From contig JAJRTB010000219.1 in the NCBI GenBank assembly GCA_024278495.1, positions 3,286 to 27,285 on the forward strand: a stretch of DNA of 24,000 nucleotides. Reading direction: 5' to 3'. The translations under genes and the position numbers were made by a program. This DNA is from Deltaproteobacteria bacterium (lineage in GTDB: Bacteria > Desulfobacterota > Desulfobulbia > Desulfobulbales > Desulfobulbaceae). Of the stretch, positions 19,732 to 24,000 are shown piece after piece (position 1 is the stretch's first letter; each line of letters begins with the position of its first letter). The notes beneath the pieces are model-generated. The model did no database searches. It was not told the DNA's origin and saw only the letters and a list, made by a program, of their open reading frames with translations.

Positions 19732-20024
19732 ATGAAAAGCTTCAGATATATCGACAACACCGCCATCCTCAGGCTGGACAGGGAGGCCTGCATCGGCTGC
19801 GGCAACTGCGTCACGGTCTGCCCGCACCGAATCTTTACCCTGGAGGCCAAAAGGCCGCAATCATTGATTACGACGCCTGCATGGAATGCGGCGCCTGCGC
19901 CCGCAACTGTCCGGCCGAGGCCATCTTTGTCAATCCGGACGACGGCTGCGGCTGTGCCGCCTACATTATCAACAGCTGGATATCAAAGCTGCGGGGCAAA
20001 CAGGTCAACGTCTGCAGCTGCTGA
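19732..20024 (+). CDS. hgcB: HgcB, 2[4Fe-4S] ferredoxin of mercury methylation, with an apparent 1-nt frameshift near 19850
   Basis: First half in frame 1: MKSFRYIDNTAILRLDREACIGCGNCVTVCPHRIFTLEAK. Second half in frame 3: AIIDYDACMECGACARNCPAEAIFVNPDDGCGCAAYIINSWISKLRGKQVNVCSC. Adjacent to hgcA. Confidence 0.85.
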
Positions 20025-20083
20025 CCCATTATCCAACGTGAACGTATCCCCCAGCCGAGCACTACGATACCGAACCAGGCCGC

Positions 20084-20111
20084 AAGTCAGATCCGTCTGA
20101 TTTGTTTTTTT
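20084..20111 (+). terminator. Candidate rho-independent terminator after hgcB
   Basis: AAGTCAGA-TCCG-TCTGATTT (8-bp stem including one G-U) followed by GTTTTTTT. Confidence 0.6.
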
Positions 20112-20137
20112 ACGAATCCGACATACGAGAGAATGGC

Positions 20138-20590
20138 ATGAAATCTATCCCGAAACTCTTTCTTTTCAGCTTCTTTTTCCTTACCCTGACCTTTTCCGGA
20201 ACCATGGCTCAACAGGAGGAACGGTTTGTCAAACAGCTCAAGCTGTCCACCGGTGAAACAGTCGTTGTAACGGAGGGAGCATTTGAGGCGAGAAGCCTTG
20301 GCAGCTACAGCGTCCGGCTTTACGAGGCCAACAGCGACTCTCCCACAGATTTTTTTATCTGCGGCCTGGTCGCTTCCCGGGACGGCGGCGTTGAGAAGGT
20401 CATCACCCGCGACATTACCGGCGACGGAGTTGAGGAAATTATTGTTATTATTCGCTCGGCCGGCACCGGGGGATACCTGTCCGCCGATGCCCTGCAGTAT
20501 AATGACAGGCAGATCAGGATAATGCGCCGGGTCGCGGACCTGGCAAAAAACGCCGATCCGGTTGCGGCCCTGACAGAAGTCTCCAAATAG
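20138..20590 (+). CDS. Secreted/periplasmic protein resembling PliI-type (i-type lysozyme inhibitor) proteins
   Basis: Signal peptide MKSIPKLFLFSFFFLTLTFSGTMAQ; GSYSVRLYEAN, RDGGVEKVITRDITGDGVEEIIVIIRSAGTGGYLSADAL with the SAGTGGY core. Confidence 0.55.
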   Translation: MKSIPKLFLFSFFFLTLTFSGTMAQQEERFVKQLKLSTGETVVVTEGAFEARSLGSYSVRLYEANSDSPTDFFICGLVASRDGGVEKVITRDITGDGVEEIIVIIRSAGTGGYLSADALQYNDRQIRIMRRVADLAKNADPVAALTEVSK

Positions 20591-20658
20591 CACCTGCCCG
20601 GGAAGAACCCCTCCTTTCCGGTGAGGCCCCTTCCACTCCCGGACAGAGCCCCTTCTCT

Positions 20659-21855
20659 TCAGCCTTCATTTGTCACGGATTCACGGGTATTGTCTACCCT
20701 GTGGCCGGTGCGGATAAGGTGGGCGGCGGTCATGGTCAGGATCAGAACCACGACGCCGACATTGATAAATGACCAGGTCAGTCCCAGATAATCCATACTG
20801 AGCCCCGCGCCCAGGGCGCCGAGAAATATACCGCTGCTCATGGCCAGGCTGAAGACACCCATCATGGTTCCCTGGCCGTAATACCTGCCGTCCTGGGTGG
20901 CCAGGGCTCCGAGAACCGGCCAGATGACCGCCTCGCCCGTGCCGAGCAGCACAAAGAGGATAAGGAGCCCTGTAAAACTCCCGGCCAGGGGCACCAGGCA
21001 GATAACCCCGCTGACCAGCAGGCACCCGGAGCGCAGGAGCAGAACCTTGTCGTACCGATCCGCCATCCTGCCGCACGGGGTCTGCAGGAGAGCGTTGACC
21101 AGGGTCCGGCAGGCGATCACCATGCCTATCTGCAAAGCAGTGGCCGCGAACCACTGGTTCATGAGCAGAGGCAGAAAGGCCATGGTCGGCACCATGATAA
21201 TCATGGTGGCCATCCTGGCCAGCAGAATACCGCCGCTCCTTCTGCTGGAGACCATTCTGACCAGGGCGTTGAAAACGCCGTGGGGCGGCTGCCGGCGCGT
21301 CCCGCTTTCCATCACCGGCATCTTGACGAACACCAGCAGCATGGCCGTGCAGCTTAAAAGCGCCATGGCGTGAAAGGCGGATGCCATGCCCCAGAGATCC
21401 GTAAAGAAACCGCCGAAAAGCGGACCACCGCCGATCCCGAGAAAAATGGCGATATTGAGCATGCCCATGTAGCGACCTTCCTGCCCCAGGGGCGCCATGT
21501 CACCGACATAGGCCATGGCCACCGGCACGATCATGGCCGATCCCACCCCGTGAAAGGCCCGGATCAGAATCAGGCCGGAAACTGTCCCGGCTTCGGGCAA
21601 CAGCATCCCCACAAGGGCGTAGACCAGGAGACCCGTCACCAGGAACCATTTTCGGCCCCAGCGGTCCGACACTCCTCCGACAATGGGTTGCAGGATGCCG
21701 CGGCTGATTGAAAAGGCGGCGATAATCAGCCCCAGGGTAAAGCCGCTTGCCCCCAGGCTGACGGCAAAAACCGGCATGACCGGTATGATAATACCGACGC
21801 CGAACAGGGCCGTCATGACCGAGAGGAGCAAAATGGCGAGGATCTGCCGATTCAT
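20659..21855 (-). CDS. Major facilitator superfamily transporter (drug-efflux type)
   Basis: MNRQILAILLLSVMTALFGVGIIIPVMPVFAVSLGASGFTLG, GGVSDRWGRKWFLVTG, 12-TM pattern. Start at 21855; the ORF track extends to 22074. Confidence 0.88.
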   Translation of the reverse strand: MNRQILAILLLSVMTALFGVGIIIPVMPVFAVSLGASGFTLGLIIAAFSISRGILQPIVGGVSDRWGRKWFLVTGLLVYALVGMLLPEAGTVSGLILIRAFHGVGSAMIVPVAMAYVGDMAPLGQEGRYMGMLNIAIFLGIGGGPLFGGFFTDLWGMASAFHAMALLSCTAMLLVFVKMPVMESGTRRQPPHGVFNALVRMVSSRRSGGILLARMATMIIMVPTMAFLPLLMNQWFAATALQIGMVIACRTLVNALLQTPCGRMADRYDKVLLLRSGCLLVSGVICLVPLAGSFTGLLILFVLLGTGEAVIWPVLGALATQDGRYYGQGTMMGVFSLAMSSGIFLGALGAGLSMDYLGLTWSFINVGVVVLILTMTAAHLIRTGHRVDNTRESVTNEG

Positions 21856-21982
21856 GTCCGCCCGTCCACCGGTCCGACAGGCAGGCCTCTGAAGGCCCTG
21901 TTGACAGATGTCTCCATGAACAGCCGGAATCCGCCTTTCCCGGACAACCGCATGAGCGCTCCGGCCGGCGTGAGATGAAGGT

Positions 21983-22642
21983 TCACTCGAACTGCTGCCT
22001 GAAATCGAAGAAGGCCTGCCGCAGCTCGGCCAGTTCCCGGCGGATCGTCTGCAGTTCCTCTTCCAGGGCCGCAATCCTTGCGCTGCGTGAGATCATCGTG
22101 TCCGCCCCGGTATCATCCGATGGGGCGCCCCGCCGGAGTAGATCCTCAACAGCAGGAGGCTCTGCAAGCAGGTGACAAAACCTGCGCTCTTTTTGACCGG
22201 GTTGTCTCGCCATTTGCCTGGCCAGGTCCATTTCCTCAAGGCTCTGCATGGTCTCCGCCACCTCGTCGAGATCGCTGAAAGAGTACATTCTCACTGACCG
22301 GGATCGAAGCTGCCCCATGGTCTGGGGCCCACGGAGCAGAAGAAGACAGAGTACGGCCAGTTCGCGGGTCACGAGATTAAAGGTCTTGCCAAGCAGATGT
22401 CCGTACCTGGGAACCCGGGCCGCGTCGCTCTGGTAGACAAGGTGATTGGCCTTGAGTTCATCGAGAACATGGTGGACCGTATCCTCGTCATAGCTCACGA
22501 CCGGCTCCCGGTTTGACTTCTGGTTACAGGCGTTGAGCAAGGCCTTAAGCGACAGGGGGTAATATTCAGGGGTGGCCATCTCCTTTTCCAGCAGACAACC
22601 CAGGACCCGTATCTCTTCAGGGGTCAGGTCAAGATCAGCCAT
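21983..22642 (-). CDS. YceH/DUF480 family protein
   Basis: MADLDLTPEEIRVLGCLLEKEMATPEYYPLSLKALLNACNQKSNREPVVSYDE...GPQTMGQLRSRSVRMYSF, C-terminal coiled coil. Start at 22642; the ORF track extends to 22990. Confidence 0.9.
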   Translation of the reverse strand: MADLDLTPEEIRVLGCLLEKEMATPEYYPLSLKALLNACNQKSNREPVVSYDEDTVHHVLDELKANHLVYQSDAARVPRYGHLLGKTFNLVTRELAVLCLLLLRGPQTMGQLRSRSVRMYSFSDLDEVAETMQSLEEMDLARQMARQPGQKERRFCHLLAEPPAVEDLLRRGAPSDDTGADTMISRSARIAALEEELQTIRRELAELRQAFFDFRQQFE

Positions 22643-22742
22643 TTCATTTCTCCTTGCAATGCCTATCCGTCCAAAAAAATTGCGCCAGGAACAGGTTGTG
22701 GTATAGAATACACCTGAATGTATACCGCAAAACGAGGAAATC

Positions 22743-23261
22743 ATGAACCCGAAACTCAATTTTATCTTCAGTCGACGCAGTATCCGGAAATTCACAGACA
22801 AGGATGTTCCGGAAGAGATGATCCGGGACCTGCTGGAAGCGGCTATGGCCGCGCCATCAGCGGTTGCCGGGGACCCGTGGCATTTTATCGTTCTTCGTGA
22901 GCGAACCGGAATCAACGCCCTGGCCGATGTCCTGCCCCACGGCCGGATGCTGCGCCAGGCCACTGCCGCCTTTGTGGTCTGCGGCGACATCGACCGGGCA
23001 CATGACCGGCAGGAATCCTACATGCTGCAGGACCTGAGCGCCGCGGTTGAAAACATCCTGCTGGCCGCAAACGTCCTGGGACTTGGCAGTTGCTGGCTGG
23101 GCATCCATCCCCGGACCGGGCGGATGAGTGATATCCGCGATCTCTTTGACCTGCCGCCAAACATCATTCCCATGTGCGGCATCGCCCTGGGCTGGCCCCG
23201 GGAAAGACCTGAAAGCCGCACCCGGTTTGATCCGGACAAGGTGCACTACGAACAGTGGTAA
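22743..23261 (+). CDS. Nitroreductase-family flavoprotein
   Basis: FSRRSIRKFTDKDVPEEMIRDLLEAAMAAPSAVAGDPWHFIVL...AAVENILLAANVLGLGSCWLG, with SD GAGGAA upstream. Confidence 0.88.
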   Translation: MNPKLNFIFSRRSIRKFTDKDVPEEMIRDLLEAAMAAPSAVAGDPWHFIVLRERTGINALADVLPHGRMLRQATAAFVVCGDIDRAHDRQESYMLQDLSAAVENILLAANVLGLGSCWLGIHPRTGRMSDIRDLFDLPPNIIPMCGIALGWPRERPESRTRFDPDKVHYEQW

Positions 23262-23279
23262 CCAGGGGGCCCGCAACCT

Positions 23280-23333
23280 AACTCGTCACAGGGTTTGAAA
23301 CTCTGCGATTTTACCTGCCCATAATTTGCAAGT
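23280..23333 (+). repeat. 54-bp dispersed repeat, copy 2
   Basis: AACTCGTCACAGGGTTTGAAACTCTGCGATTTTACCTGCCCATAATTTGCAAGT. Confidence 0.8.
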
Positions 23334-23535
23334 GGCCAGGCCAGCACGCAGGATCAGATCACTGACAAAACGGTTCACCCAATGCTGCGGGCGGGACGCC
23401 CCCTCCACCGCAGGTGAACGCTCACGGATCCAGGTAAATACCAGAAAAATTTGACACCTACAGGGTAGGACTATACAATGGCGTAGACTTTTGCTTCAAA
23501 ATAAGATGACTTCGCCGGGAATAACAGGTCAACGT

Positions 23536-24000
23536 ATGCGACAGCTTTCCATCCGCTGGAAATTTATCCTCAACAGTTTCGGCATAATGTTGACGACAGT
23601 TCTGCTTATCGGTTTTGTCCTCACCTTTTCTCTGCAGGACTATCTGGCCCGGGAAGCCAAAGAACTCCACCGCTCCGAACTTGACTCAACACGCCGGCAC
23701 CTGAAAAACTACGTTGATATCGCCATCAGCCTCATTGAGGAATCAGCAGGGGCAGCACAAAGAGGGGAGATAACGCTTGCCCGGGCCAAGCAAACCGCCA
23801 TGGACAAAATCAGACGCCTCAGGTACGATTCCGGCGTCGGCTATTTCTGGATAAACGATACCGGCCGCCCCTTTCCCAGAATGATCATGCACCCCACCGT
23901 CCCCGACCTGGACGGCCGGGTGCTGGACGACCCCAGGTTTAACTGCGTCCAGGGCACCAATAAAAACCTTTTTGTCGCCATGGTTGAGGCAACTGAAAAG
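23536..24000 (+). CDS. Membrane sensor protein with sCache_2-like extracellular domain, truncated by window end (absent from ORF track)
   Basis: Translated from ATG 23536: MRQLSIRWKFILNSFGIMLTTVLLIGFVLTFSLQDYLAREAKELHRSELDSTRRHLKNYVDIAISLIEESAG...RRLRYDSGVGYFWINDTGRPFPRMIMHPTVPDLDGRVLDDPRFNC. Open to nt 24000. Confidence 0.8.
   Translation, partial: MRQLSIRWKFILNSFGIMLTTVLLIGFVLTFSLQDYLAREAKELHRSELDSTRRHLKNYVDIAISLIEESAGAAQRGEITLARAKQTAMDKIRRLRYDSGVGYFWINDTGRPFPRMIMHPTVPDLDGRVLDDPRFNCVQGTNKNLFVAMVEATEK

Noticed and set aside
19323-20024. ORF 19323..20024 as a single protein
   Set aside because: Its first part overlaps hgcA out of frame. Only the C-terminal part (AIIDYDACMECG...) is real, as the second half of frameshifted hgcB.

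Overview
This window looks like chromosomal DNA from an anaerobic, deltaproteobacterium-like (Desulfobacterota) organism; that taxonomy is inferred from gene content only. From left to right it encodes:
- the 3' part of mfd
- a YrfG-like HAD phosphatase
- a GGDEF protein (-)
- an unknown conserved-looking protein (-)
- an exported protein with 16 ELWxxDGT repeats
- a membrane/TPR protein
- a Na+-translocating NADH:quinone reductase module, apbE-nqrABCDEF-nqrM-like
- an arsR-hgcA-hgcB module, the corrinoid protein/ferredoxin pair required for mercury methylation
- a PliI-like periplasmic protein
- an MFS transporter (-)
- a YceH/DUF480 protein (-)
- a nitroreductase
- the start of a Cache-domain membrane sensor missed by the ORF track

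The strongest unusual signal is in hgcA. The best-supported start is ATG 18508, which has a Shine-Dalgarno sequence and overlaps the end of arsR. It gives one long frame to 19701 interrupted by a single in-frame TGA at 18616-18618, directly after a Cys codon. Eighteen nt further on lies a 7-bp stem with an 8-nt apical loop, GGGGUCCA, which fits the loose bacterial SECIS consensus. This HgcA could therefore be a selenoprotein, or the locus could carry a nonsense mutation or sequencing error. The adjacent hgcB carries a 1-nt frameshift at an A-homopolymer, so sequence quality or locus decay must be ruled out first. No database search, folding program or alignment was run.
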